From the NCBI GenBank assembly GCA_018335915.1, contig JAGXRL010000044.1, positions 1 to 43,164 on the forward strand: DNA of 43,164 nucleotides. The letters are read 5' to 3'. The stretch comes from Candidatus Latescibacterota bacterium (lineage in GTDB: Bacteria; Hydrothermota; Tepidihabitantia; Tepidihabitantales; CAIPLT01). A program made the translations under genes and the position numbers. Every line of letters starts with the position of its first letter. The stretch's first letter is position 1. Below are positions 8,134 through 17,072 of this stretch, piece by piece. Below the pieces are notes generated by a model. That model made no database searches and was not told the DNA's origin. It was given only the letters and a program-made list of their open reading frames with translations.

Positions 8134-8640
8134 ATGGCTAAAGAAATCATTCAAGATAGTTCTAAGTTAATGAGCAGTTTTGCGAGTTTTCCGACCGTAC
8201 TTGTTACCTGTCAGGAAAATATCATCACCGTTACTCTAATTCATATCGTTTCTTTTTTACCGCCGCTCTTGGGTATCGGCATTAAACCAGAACGGTATTC
8301 TTATGGTCTAATAAAAGAAGCAAAAGAATTTGTCGTTAACATTCCGACCAAAGATTTGCTCAAGCCGACGATTTTTTGCGGAGCAAAATCGGGTAAGGTA
8401 TTGGACAAGTTTAAAGAGGCCGGTTTGACCAAGCAAGATTCGTTATCCGTAAAAACGAAAAGCGTTAAAGAATGTCCGGTCAATATCGAATGTAAGGTTG
8501 TCCAAGAACTCGTAACCGGTGACCGAACCTGGTTTGTCGGTGAAATCGTTAATGGCCGAATTGCTGATGATTATAAAATTGAAGATTCAATCCAATACTG
8601 GCGAGGCGTATATCGGCTGCCTGGTAATATCTTAAAATAA
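8134..8640 (+). CDS. Flavin reductase-like domain protein (FMN-binding split barrel)
   Basis: 168 aa. The pattern FPTVLVTC...ITVTL....S..PPLLGIGIKPERYSYGLIKEAKEFVVNIP...C G..SG...DKF resembles the PF01613-type flavin reductase fold. Confidence 0.7.
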   Translation: MAKEIIQDSSKLMSSFASFPTVLVTCQENIITVTLIHIVSFLPPLLGIGIKPERYSYGLIKEAKEFVVNIPTKDLLKPTIFCGAKSGKVLDKFKEAGLTKQDSLSVKTKSVKECPVNIECKVVQELVTGDRTWFVGEIVNGRIADDYKIEDSIQYWRGVYRLPGNILK

Positions 8641-8643
8641 AAA

Positions 8644-11574
8644 ATGAAAAATAAAAAATTAAAAACAAAAATATTAACATATCAAAATCGTCTATTATCC
8701 AAAAAGATTTTTTTGTTTTTAATTTGTGTTTTTGGTCTTTGGTCTTTTGTTTTTAATATCGCCCATGCCCAGTATTATTTTAACAAGAATAAGGTTCAGT
8801 ACCAGGATTTCCCATTCAAAACTTATGAAACCGAACATTTCACAATCTATTTTTACGACGGCGGTGAACACTTATTAGAATTCACGAGCCGTTATACCGA
8901 AGAGTTTTACGCACGGATTTCTACGGATTTGGGATTTACCATAAAGAACAAAATACCGGTCGTGATTTATAACTCACCCAATCAGTTCAGCCAGACCAAT
9001 ATTATTTTGGATATTATCGAAGAGTCGGTCGGCGGTTTTGCCGAGCTTTTTAAGAACCGGGTCGTGGTGCCGTTTAACGGTTCGTATAAAGAGTTCCGGC
9101 ATGTGATTGAACACGAGATAACCCATATCTTTGAATTCGAAATGTTCTACCGTTCCCGGCTCGCTTCAATTCTGACTTCGGCGTCGGATTTTTCGGTGCC
9201 GCTGTGGATTATGGAAGGATTTTCCGAATTTATGTCCAATGAAAACGAGACCGATATCGGTTCGGAAATATTCATGCGCGACCTGGTGCTGAATAACCGC
9301 TATATTCCTTTAGAGTTCCTAAGTGATTATATGGGGTATGTCAACTACCGGATCGGCGAAGCGTTTTTTCATTATGTTGCCAAAACCTATGACCGCAAAA
9401 AAGTCTTTGAATTTATGCATACGCTTAAAAACCGGCGCAGTGTCGAAACCGCATTTAAGAACAGTTTTGGCATGTCGGTTGCCGATTTTAACAAGAAATT
9501 CGAAAGTTATCTGAAAGTTAAATACTATCCGCAAATCGTGGTTAAAGATAATTTCGCTCAAATCGGACGGTTTTTAACCGACCATCAAAAAGACAACTCG
9601 ATTTATAACGCTTCACCGGCAATTTCGCCGACCGGTACCAAAATCGCCTTTATCTCGGACCGCAACGGCTATTCTGATGTATATGTGATTTCTGCGATTG
9701 ACGGCAAGGTGTTACGCCGGCTGGTTAAAGGTGAACGGAGCGCCGGTTTTGAAGCGTTCCAGATTTTACGGGGCGGCATGAGCTGGTCATCAGACGAGAA
9801 GTTTATTGTTCTGATTGCGAAAAGCCGCGGAATTGACAATATCGTTGTCATCGAATATCCGTCCGGTAAAATTAAAAAACGACTGCAGTATAACCTGGAT
9901 GGGATGTATACGCCGTCGCTTTCACCGGACAATAAAATGGTCTGCTTTGTCGGTCTTAAAAACGGTTATGCCGATATTTACATCGCAAGACTGGATGACG
10001 GCGAGCTAATACGGGTTACTTATGATTATTATGATGACCGCGACCCGGTTTTTGCCCCAGACGGTCAAAAGATAACTTTTGTATCGGACCGCCCGGACCT
10101 GGATAACTGGCAAATCGGCGCCTATGCTTTGTTTCGGGCCAGTCTCGATTTTGATAAGGGCGTTTTGAACCAATCGAACCGACCGGCTGCGACCGTAAAC
10201 AAGATTGAAAAATATCCTGGTTTTGAACGCAGTCAGTATCTTGCCAAACCGAGTTATACTGCAGATACGGAAAACCTCGTTTTTGTTGCGGCAGACTCTT
10301 CTTATAATATATATGTCTATTCAATACCAGAAAAACGAGTGGTGCGCCGGACTAATTTTTTAGGCGGGGTCTATCATCCGTCTCTGTCCCAGGACGATAA
10401 CAAATTAGCATTCTCATATTTTAATAATTTTGGCTGGGATATCAGCGTGATTGATGAGCCGTTAATCATGATTCCTCTGGTTGAGACCGAATCTTTATAC
10501 CTGGCTCAAAAAGATTATCCTGAATACGAGCCGTACGGCGTAGAGCAGAAAAAAGTCAATCCATATAAATTCAATGTCTCGGCTGATTATGCGGTCGGTC
10601 AAGCGGGTTATTCGACCTATGGCGGTTTTGCCGGACAGCTCAATGTCTCGTTCAGCGATGTCTTGGGCAGCCACCGGTTTTATCTGGTTACTGACCTGTA
10701 TCAGGATATTGCCAATTCTGACATCATATTCAATTATTGGTATATGCCGCGCCGGACTGATTGGGCATTGTTATTGTTTCAATACTTTGATTATCCGGCA
10801 GTCTATTCCAATTATGTGCATATTCGACGCAACCGGGGATTTGGCGTTTTGGCATCTTACCCCCTGGATAAGTTTACCCGGCTTGAATTCGGGAATATCA
10901 ATTATTTCAGTTATAATGAAGAGATAGTCAAGATTATTGACCGACGGTATCTGTGGGATAGTTATCACGAACAGAATTTTGTGCTCAGCCAAGCATTTGT
11001 TTTTGATAATTCAATCTGGAATGAATGGGGACCGTTTCGCGGCACGAGAATGCGACTTAAATCAAACCAGTCAGCCGTTTTGTCGAGCCGCAAATTTTAT
11101 ACGACATATCTGGACTTGCGAAATTATTTTCGATTGGGTAATCGTTATACTTTTGCGACCTGGTTGTACGGTTTGAACAGTTTTGGCAGGGATAAAGACC
11201 AATATGCGATTGGCGGTGAAGTCGTGCGCGGTTACGAATTTTATGAATTCAATGACAATCGGGGTTCAACAATTGCGTTTACCAGTCTGGAATTACGCCA
11301 TCCGTTTATCGACCGGCTGAAAATTGCCTTTCCATTACCGATTGAACTGCGCAATATCCGGGGCGTAACCTTTTTAGATGCGGCGGCAGTATTTAATGAT
11401 TCGACAAATTTATATGCACGGGGTGAGGGGTTTAAGGATTTAAAAATCGGTATCGGAGCCGGCATCCGCATCCAGATTTCATACTTTTTCTTGAAACTCG
11501 ATTTTGCCAAGCCGCTGTCGGCTACGGAAAATAAAAACTGGAAGGTTTATTTCAGCCTCGGTACGGATTTTTAA
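8644..11574 (+). CDS. Outer-membrane fusion protein: MA-clan HExxH peptidase-like domain, PD40/TolB-like beta-propeller repeats and an Omp85 (bacterial surface antigen) beta-barrel
   Basis: Signal peptide ending AHA|Q. HEITH followed by PLWIMEGFSEF (Peptidase_MA_2-like). PD40-like repeats (SPAISPTGTKIAFISDRNGYSDVYV, SPDNKMVCFVGLKNGYADIYI, APDGQKITFVSDR, etc.). The C-terminal region has alternating hydrophobic strands, GGE.VRGYEF, and a terminal ...YFSLGTDF. Confidence 0.8.
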   Translation: MKNKKLKTKILTYQNRLLSKKIFLFLICVFGLWSFVFNIAHAQYYFNKNKVQYQDFPFKTYETEHFTIYFYDGGEHLLEFTSRYTEEFYARISTDLGFTIKNKIPVVIYNSPNQFSQTNIILDIIEESVGGFAELFKNRVVVPFNGSYKEFRHVIEHEITHIFEFEMFYRSRLASILTSASDFSVPLWIMEGFSEFMSNENETDIGSEIFMRDLVLNNRYIPLEFLSDYMGYVNYRIGEAFFHYVAKTYDRKKVFEFMHTLKNRRSVETAFKNSFGMSVADFNKKFESYLKVKYYPQIVVKDNFAQIGRFLTDHQKDNSIYNASPAISPTGTKIAFISDRNGYSDVYVISAIDGKVLRRLVKGERSAGFEAFQILRGGMSWSSDEKFIVLIAKSRGIDNIVVIEYPSGKIKKRLQYNLDGMYTPSLSPDNKMVCFVGLKNGYADIYIARLDDGELIRVTYDYYDDRDPVFAPDGQKITFVSDRPDLDNWQIGAYALFRASLDFDKGVLNQSNRPAATVNKIEKYPGFERSQYLAKPSYTADTENLVFVAADSSYNIYVYSIPEKRVVRRTNFLGGVYHPSLSQDDNKLAFSYFNNFGWDISVIDEPLIMIPLVETESLYLAQKDYPEYEPYGVEQKKVNPYKFNVSADYAVGQAGYSTYGGFAGQLNVSFSDVLGSHRFYLVTDLYQDIANSDIIFNYWYMPRRTDWALLLFQYFDYPAVYSNYVHIRRNRGFGVLASYPLDKFTRLEFGNINYFSYNEEIVKIIDRRYLWDSYHEQNFVLSQAFVFDNSIWNEWGPFRGTRMRLKSNQSAVLSSRKFYTTYLDLRNYFRLGNRYTFATWLYGLNSFGRDKDQYAIGGEVVRGYEFYEFNDNRGSTIAFTSLELRHPFIDRLKIAFPLPIELRNIRGVTFLDAAAVFNDSTNLYARGEGFKDLKIGIGAGIRIQISYFFLKLDFAKPLSATENKNWKVYFSLGTDF

Positions 11575-11601
11575 GCCCAAAAAGACGGGAATGCTTAGAT
11601 A

Positions 11602-12831
11602 ATGCGTTTTCAGATTATACTTTTGTGTTCAGTGCTGATACTGAGCTGTGCCGTAATAAATAGAATCCCGCCGGCAACAACGCTGTTTACAGTTTCTTCA
11701 ATTGATGATTTGATTGCGCAATACCCGGATTCAGCACTAAAACTCAGCTGGGTTAATCTGCAAAACACATCATCATTTGTTTACCAGTATCAGTTTAAAA
11801 GTGACCGACCGCATAATGTCTGGGCGACTTTCAAAGGGATTCGAGTTTTTCCGAATCAAGAACAAAGGCAGGGCGAATATACGGTTAATGACAAAACGCG
11901 CAAGGTGATGATTAAAGCGCGCGGCGATTATCAATATCAGATAGATGAGAAAACCAAAAAGTGGCGGGTCATGCCGCGTGAAGAAGATGCCGACCTGATG
12001 ATAACGATTGAAAGAGTTATTGCCAATACTAAATTTTATCTGATTGAGCAAGACTCAAGGTTCCTGACTTATAGTTTTCATCCGAATCTCGCTTTTTTAG
12101 ACCCGACTTTTACGAGTCGCATCAAAGCCGTTTTTATTGTTGATAAGAATACGCTCTTACCGCTCAAGATATCAGCCCAGGACAGTCTTGAGCAAATCTT
12201 ATGGCGGGTTGAGTTCGCCAATTACAACACCCGCCAGAGAATAAAATTTCCATTCTCCCCAAATACGCAAATTGAGATTGCATCGTTAAGAAAACTTGCT
12301 AAAAATGAGACCAATACGATTACAACAGTACTTTCTAATCGGCTCAGGTTTGCCGGCGAAAACTTTCAGATAAAAAGCAAAAGGGAAAGAAACCGGGCCC
12401 GATTTGAGATTGCTATGGAAATACCAACATCGGTTCCAGACCATCGATTAATCAGACAACTGCTCACAACGCCGGGTAAGTTTTATATTTTTGCCGGACA
12501 GGAATCAATACCATTATTTGACGAGTCTAATATAAGTGATATAAAAATAACAGGTTATGAGCCATATCCGCAAATCGAGTTACAGATAAACCAAAACGGA
12601 GCGCAAATTATTAAAGAATATTTAGCAAGCAGAGAAGAAAGAATCAGTTTCCGTGCCGTGCTTGATGCAACCGAACTGGCAATATTTGATATTGACAAGG
12701 ATGGTTTTTCAGATAGAATAGTATTTCGAGTTTTATTCAATAGAAATGAGATTATGAATACAATTGCAGTTATAAAAGGTGGAATGTTGTCTTTACCGCT
12801 CAAACTCGTTGAGATAAGGAGCGGTAGATAA
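11602..12831 (+). CDS. Lipoprotein of unknown function; the C-terminal region tentatively resembles a SecD P1-head-type domain
   Basis: Lipobox LILSC|A at the N-terminus. The stop codon overlaps the start of the next gene (TAATG). The C-terminal pattern ...ELQINQNGAQIIKEYLASREERISFRAVLDATELA...IKGGMLSLPLKLVEI recalls SecD periplasmic head motifs. Confidence 0.7.
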   Translation: MRFQIILLCSVLILSCAVINRIPPATTLFTVSSIDDLIAQYPDSALKLSWVNLQNTSSFVYQYQFKSDRPHNVWATFKGIRVFPNQEQRQGEYTVNDKTRKVMIKARGDYQYQIDEKTKKWRVMPREEDADLMITIERVIANTKFYLIEQDSRFLTYSFHPNLAFLDPTFTSRIKAVFIVDKNTLLPLKISAQDSLEQILWRVEFANYNTRQRIKFPFSPNTQIEIASLRKLAKNETNTITTVLSNRLRFAGENFQIKSKRERNRARFEIAMEIPTSVPDHRLIRQLLTTPGKFYIFAGQESIPLFDESNISDIKITGYEPYPQIELQINQNGAQIIKEYLASREERISFRAVLDATELAIFDIDKDGFSDRIVFRVLFNRNEIMNTIAVIKGGMLSLPLKLVEIRSGR

Positions 12832-14354
12832 TGCAGACCGTGCTGCTGGTCGTTTATTTTTTGTTAATCTTGATTCTGGGCATTTATTCGATACACGCTT
12901 ACTTGATGATTTATTATTATATCAAAGACAAACGGAAAAACAAAGTAAAATCGAAGCGTACTCCCCGGCTGAAACAATACCCGATGGTAACAATACAATT
13001 ACCATTTTTTAATGAAAAATATGTTGCCGAGCGGCTCATTAACTCGGTTTGTGCTATAGAATATCCCAAAGACTGTTTGGAGATTCAGATTTTGGATGAC
13101 TCAACCGATGAAACGACTTTTATTATCAACCGGCTCATCGATAAATATAAAGAACAGGGTTATGATATCAAAATGCTCCATCGTCATAACCGTCGGGGTT
13201 ATAAAGCCGGTGCCTTACAAGAAGCTTTGCCAAAGGCAAAAGGTGAATTCGTAGCGATTTTTGATGCCGATTTTATTGCGCCGAGACGGTTTTTAAAAGT
13301 GACCGTACCCCATTTCTTTCGTAAAGATAAAAAAGTGGCGGCAGTGCAGACCCGGTGGGGACATCTGAATCGGGGCTATTCATTTCTAACCCAAGGTCAA
13401 GCGGTTGCGTTGGATGGCCATTTTTATATGGAACAGAAACTTCGGGCAGATAATGATTGCTTTATCAATTTTAACGGTACCTGCGGGATCTGGCGAAAAC
13501 AGGCAATCGAAGATGCCGGCGGTTGGCAGTCAGATACTTTAACCGAAGATTTAGACCTGTCGTATCGCGCCCAAATGAAAGACTGGAAAATAGTTTTTGT
13601 CCGGGATATGGTTGTACCGGGTGAGGTGCCAGTTGATTTTAATGGTTTTCGCGCACAACAGTATCGCTGGACCAAAGGCGCTTTTGAAACCGCGCGCAAA
13701 CTTTTAAAACCGATTCTGCGGTCGAAATTACCATTGCGGGTAAAATACGAAGCATTTGTCCATTTGACCAATAATATGGTTTTTCCCTTGATGTTTTTGC
13801 TGACTCTGCTTTCCTTACCGATTCTGATTGTTAAAGTTCAAAACCCGGATACCCTCCGCTGGTATTTTCTAATTCTCGGTGCATTTACTTTGTCGGTGGT
13901 CCCTTATCCAATTGTGTATGCTCTTGCTCAAAAAGAGATAAACCGAAGAGAGAAGAAACAGTCTTTACTGACGCGATTGGCGCGCGGATTTATACCGGTT
14001 TTTCTGATCGGTGGTTTTATGTCGTTAAGTTTATCTAATTCCTGGGGAATTCTTAAGGCGATCTGGAAAAAGCCGACCGAATTTACGAGAACTCCGAAAT
14101 TTAAGATTTTATCCAAAAAAGACCGAATCAATTCAAAAAAATATGTCGAAAAAGTATCGCCCATGAGTTTTATTGAGCTGGCGATAACAATGTATCTATT
14201 AGTAACGACAACTTATGCATTAATCCAGTCCCAATTCACGCTGCTGCCATTTTTAGTGATGTACACGATCGGTTTTGGTTATCTGTCGATTGCTTCAATC
14301 TATCAGACCGCAGTCAATCGTCTCGTGCTTGTTTACGAGCCGGAAAAAGCTTAA
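12831..14354 (+). CDS. Processive family-2 glycosyltransferase (cellulose synthase / CslA-like membrane synthase)
   Basis: N-terminal TM helix. DDSTDET, FDADF, TEDLDLSYR and QQYRWTKG (QxxRW) motifs. Multiple C-terminal TM helices. Confidence 0.9.
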   Translation: MQTVLLVVYFLLILILGIYSIHAYLMIYYYIKDKRKNKVKSKRTPRLKQYPMVTIQLPFFNEKYVAERLINSVCAIEYPKDCLEIQILDDSTDETTFIINRLIDKYKEQGYDIKMLHRHNRRGYKAGALQEALPKAKGEFVAIFDADFIAPRRFLKVTVPHFFRKDKKVAAVQTRWGHLNRGYSFLTQGQAVALDGHFYMEQKLRADNDCFINFNGTCGIWRKQAIEDAGGWQSDTLTEDLDLSYRAQMKDWKIVFVRDMVVPGEVPVDFNGFRAQQYRWTKGAFETARKLLKPILRSKLPLRVKYEAFVHLTNNMVFPLMFLLTLLSLPILIVKVQNPDTLRWYFLILGAFTLSVVPYPIVYALAQKEINRREKKQSLLTRLARGFIPVFLIGGFMSLSLSNSWGILKAIWKKPTEFTRTPKFKILSKKDRINSKKYVEKVSPMSFIELAITMYLLVTTTYALIQSQFTLLPFLVMYTIGFGYLSIASIYQTAVNRLVLVYEPEKA

Positions 14355-14434
14355 GTTTCACGGTATTATGTGTCTTGTCAAATCGGTTAACCAGACTGCA
14401 ATAGTTTCGGAATTAACCAGTATAAGCAGAGAAC

Positions 14435-14463
14435 TTGACAATTTATATAAATCCATTTATAAT
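14435..14463 (+). promoter_or_regulatory. Consensus sigma70 promoter
   Basis: TTGACA (14435-14440), 17-nt spacer, TATAAT (14458-14463). Both hexamers match the consensus perfectly. Confidence 0.65.
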
Positions 14464-14622
14464 AAGATTACTATCGATATCTAAAAGGTCTTTGTATATA
14501 CAGATAAAACAAAATCCGCGACACGACCAAGGTCAGGCAATGACCAAGCGCAGTGCGTTAAGCTGCGGTGTTGATTGTTTGCTCTGGTTTTCGAGTCAAA
14601 GCGGATTTAGGTGGAGGACCTT
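14464..14622 (+). promoter_or_regulatory. Long 5' leader of about 150 nt with predicted structure, upstream of the PorV-like gene
   Basis: AAATCCGC (14512-14519) pairs with GCGGATTT (14601-14608). This encloses the hairpins GGTCA-GGCAA-TGACC (14531-14545) and CGCAG-N9-CTGCG (14549-14567). The 3' arm ends 4 nt before GGAGG (14613-14617). Confidence 0.35.
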
Positions 14623-15726
14623 GTGAAGAGATATAAAAAAATCGGAATTATCATATTATTATTTACAATATTTAATTTTGTGAATGCCAGTGAATATCCG
14701 GGTGCAGTATTTTTGATGATCTGGCCCGGAGCCCGGCCAACCGGTCTTGCCGGCGCATTCTCAGCAGTTGCGGATGACGCATCAGCGGCTTATTATAATG
14801 TCGGCGGACTCGGATTTTTCTCCAGTACCCACGCGACCATTATGCATTCGAACTGGCTGCCCGGTTTATATTCTGGTATGTTTTACGATTATATCGGTAT
14901 TTGTCATCCGATTAAAAATCAGGGTACAATCGGTGCCAATGTGATTTACATCAATACGGGTCAGACTGAAGTGACTGATTTTACCGGTACGCCCCTGGGT
15001 GAATATTCGACTTTTGATTTTGCGATTTCAGGTAATTACGGATTTAAAGTGAACCCGCAACTCGGGGTCGGGGTCAGTGCTAAGTTTATTTATTCATTCC
15101 TGGTTCCGGATTGGGTCTGGCAGGCAATGCCAGAATTAGGTATTGAAGCAGGTGGCACCGGTGTCTCCTGGGCATTTGACGCAGGTGTTCTGTATAAACC
15201 ATGGGATTTTTTGGCGGTCGGTGCGTCATTTAACAATATCGGACCGAATATTTCATACACCTCATCTTCTGAATCTGACCCTTTGCCCAGAATGTTGAGA
15301 TTGGGTGTTCGCTACACGCCGGTTGATAATCCGACAGTCAAGTTACACATCACCCCAGAAATAACCAAAGTCATGGTTGGATTATTCAGTAATAACGCAA
15401 CCCTTGCTGATGAATGGCAGGACGCCTGGAAGAGTTTTGGTGTCGAGGCATGGTTCTACGACCTGTTTGCGGCTCGGCTCGGTTATTTTGAAGATTTAAG
15501 CGGTCAGCGCGGCGGTATTTTGGTAGAAAAAGACGGACGCGAAGAACATATCGGGTTATTTGAATATCTGTTTACTAAAAATAGCGGTAATTTTTCGAAT
15601 AAAGTTGGCTTGTGTTTTGGAATTGGTGTCCAGTATCGAGGATTTCAATTTGATGTTTCCAATGACCAGTTGATTTATGATTTCAGCACCCAAAACTATA
15701 AGTTTTCTTTCACCTACCGGTTTTAG
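14623..15726 (+). CDS. PorV/PorQ-family outer-membrane beta-barrel protein
   Basis: GTG 14623 lies 5 nt after GGAGG. The N-terminal signal is followed by GAVFLMIWPGARPTGLAGAFSAVADDASAAYYNVGGLGF, which is characteristic of the PorV/PorQ family. The sequence ends in ...SFTYRF, an OMP beta-signal. Confidence 0.75.
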   Translation: MKRYKKIGIIILLFTIFNFVNASEYPGAVFLMIWPGARPTGLAGAFSAVADDASAAYYNVGGLGFFSSTHATIMHSNWLPGLYSGMFYDYIGICHPIKNQGTIGANVIYINTGQTEVTDFTGTPLGEYSTFDFAISGNYGFKVNPQLGVGVSAKFIYSFLVPDWVWQAMPELGIEAGGTGVSWAFDAGVLYKPWDFLAVGASFNNIGPNISYTSSSESDPLPRMLRLGVRYTPVDNPTVKLHITPEITKVMVGLFSNNATLADEWQDAWKSFGVEAWFYDLFAARLGYFEDLSGQRGGILVEKDGREEHIGLFEYLFTKNSGNFSNKVGLCFGIGVQYRGFQFDVSNDQLIYDFSTQNYKFSFTYRF

Positions 15727-15740
15727 AAGAGTCAAGATTA

Positions 15741-17033
15741 ATGGATAATAATAAAACTTTAGCTTTACTCGGTTTGCAATGGGGAGATGAAGGTAAAGGT
15801 AAGATTATCGATTACTTGGCTCAGAAGTTTGATGTCATTGCCCGCTATCAAGGCGGACCTAATGCCGGTCATACTGTGTATTGGCAGGATTTTCATTTTG
15901 CTTTTCATCAGGTACCTTCTGGTATCTTAAATCCGAAAACTGTCTGCATTATCGGTCGCGGCTGTGTAGTTGATTTAGGAGTTTTAAAAGAAGAACTGGA
16001 ACAACTCACGCAGGCTGAGATCGATTTTAAGAACCGCCTGTTTATTGATTCGAAAGCGCATTTGATACTACCTTATCATAAAGCGCTGGACAATGCCCGG
16101 GAAAAGGCAAAAGGCAAGGATAAGATCGGCACAACCATCCGTGGTATTGGCCCGTGTTATGAAGACAAATATTCGCGGATTGGGATTCGTTTTGGTGATT
16201 TGCAAGACGACGAAGTTTTCTTAGAAAAACTGAAGCGGAACTTAGCCCAGAAAAATTTTCTATTAATGGAACTGCATAATGATGAACCGCTATCAGAAAA
16301 GCAGATTGGCAAAGAGTTTATAAAATATGCAGAGTTTTTTAAAGATATGATTATTGACGGTTCTGATTATATCAATACTGCGTACGAGCAGGGGAAAAAG
16401 ATTCTGTTCGAAGGAGCGCAGGGGACTTTGCTTGATATTGATTCAGGTACTTATCCGTTCGTAACATCTTCATCACCAACTGCCGGCGGTGTCTGCAATG
16501 GTATTGGTATTGGTCCGACCCGGATTGACGATTTAATCGGTGTTGCCAAAGCGTATACAACCAGGGTCGGCATGGGACCGTTTCCGACTGAGTTATTTGA
16601 TGATACCGGACTCATGCTGCAGAAGCAAGGCAGTGAATTTGGCGCGACAACAGGACGGGCAAGACGGTGCGGTTGGTTTGATGCTCCGTTAGTCAGATAC
16701 ACTGCACGCATTAATGGCATCAAACAACTGGCATTGACCAAGCTGGATGTACTGGATAGATTTGAAAACATATATATTGGCATTGGTTATCGGTATAAAG
16801 ATGAAAAGACAAATAATTTTAATGTTGAATTGACCGGCGAGTTAAAACCCGAATTTCTTAAAATGGAAGGATGGCGATGTTCGACCAAAACCGCGAAATC
16901 GTTTGACGATTTACCAAAACCGGCAAGAAAATATCTGGATAAGATACAAGAACTGACCAATTGTGAGATTTCAATTCTTTCCATTGGTGAACAAAGGGAC
17001 CAGACAATTATCTCACCTAATTTTAAGTGGTGA
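15741..17033 (+). CDS. purA: Adenylosuccinate synthase
   Basis: GLQWGDEGKGK P-loop, GTTIRGIGPCYEDK, GTTGRARRCGWFD. Full length, 430 aa. Confidence 0.97.
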   Translation: MDNNKTLALLGLQWGDEGKGKIIDYLAQKFDVIARYQGGPNAGHTVYWQDFHFAFHQVPSGILNPKTVCIIGRGCVVDLGVLKEELEQLTQAEIDFKNRLFIDSKAHLILPYHKALDNAREKAKGKDKIGTTIRGIGPCYEDKYSRIGIRFGDLQDDEVFLEKLKRNLAQKNFLLMELHNDEPLSEKQIGKEFIKYAEFFKDMIIDGSDYINTAYEQGKKILFEGAQGTLLDIDSGTYPFVTSSSPTAGGVCNGIGIGPTRIDDLIGVAKAYTTRVGMGPFPTELFDDTGLMLQKQGSEFGATTGRARRCGWFDAPLVRYTARINGIKQLALTKLDVLDRFENIYIGIGYRYKDEKTNNFNVELTGELKPEFLKMEGWRCSTKTAKSFDDLPKPARKYLDKIQELTNCEISILSIGEQRDQTIISPNFKW

Positions 17034-17072
17034 CATTAGTATTTTCAACAACAAAATAAGGAGAAAGAAAAG

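Noticed and set aside
14275-14626. Two short plus-strand ORFs (14275-14484 and 14435-14626) between the GT2 and PorV-like genes
   Set aside because: They overlap the GT2 3' end, the consensus promoter and the structured leader. Neither has an RBS or recognisable features.
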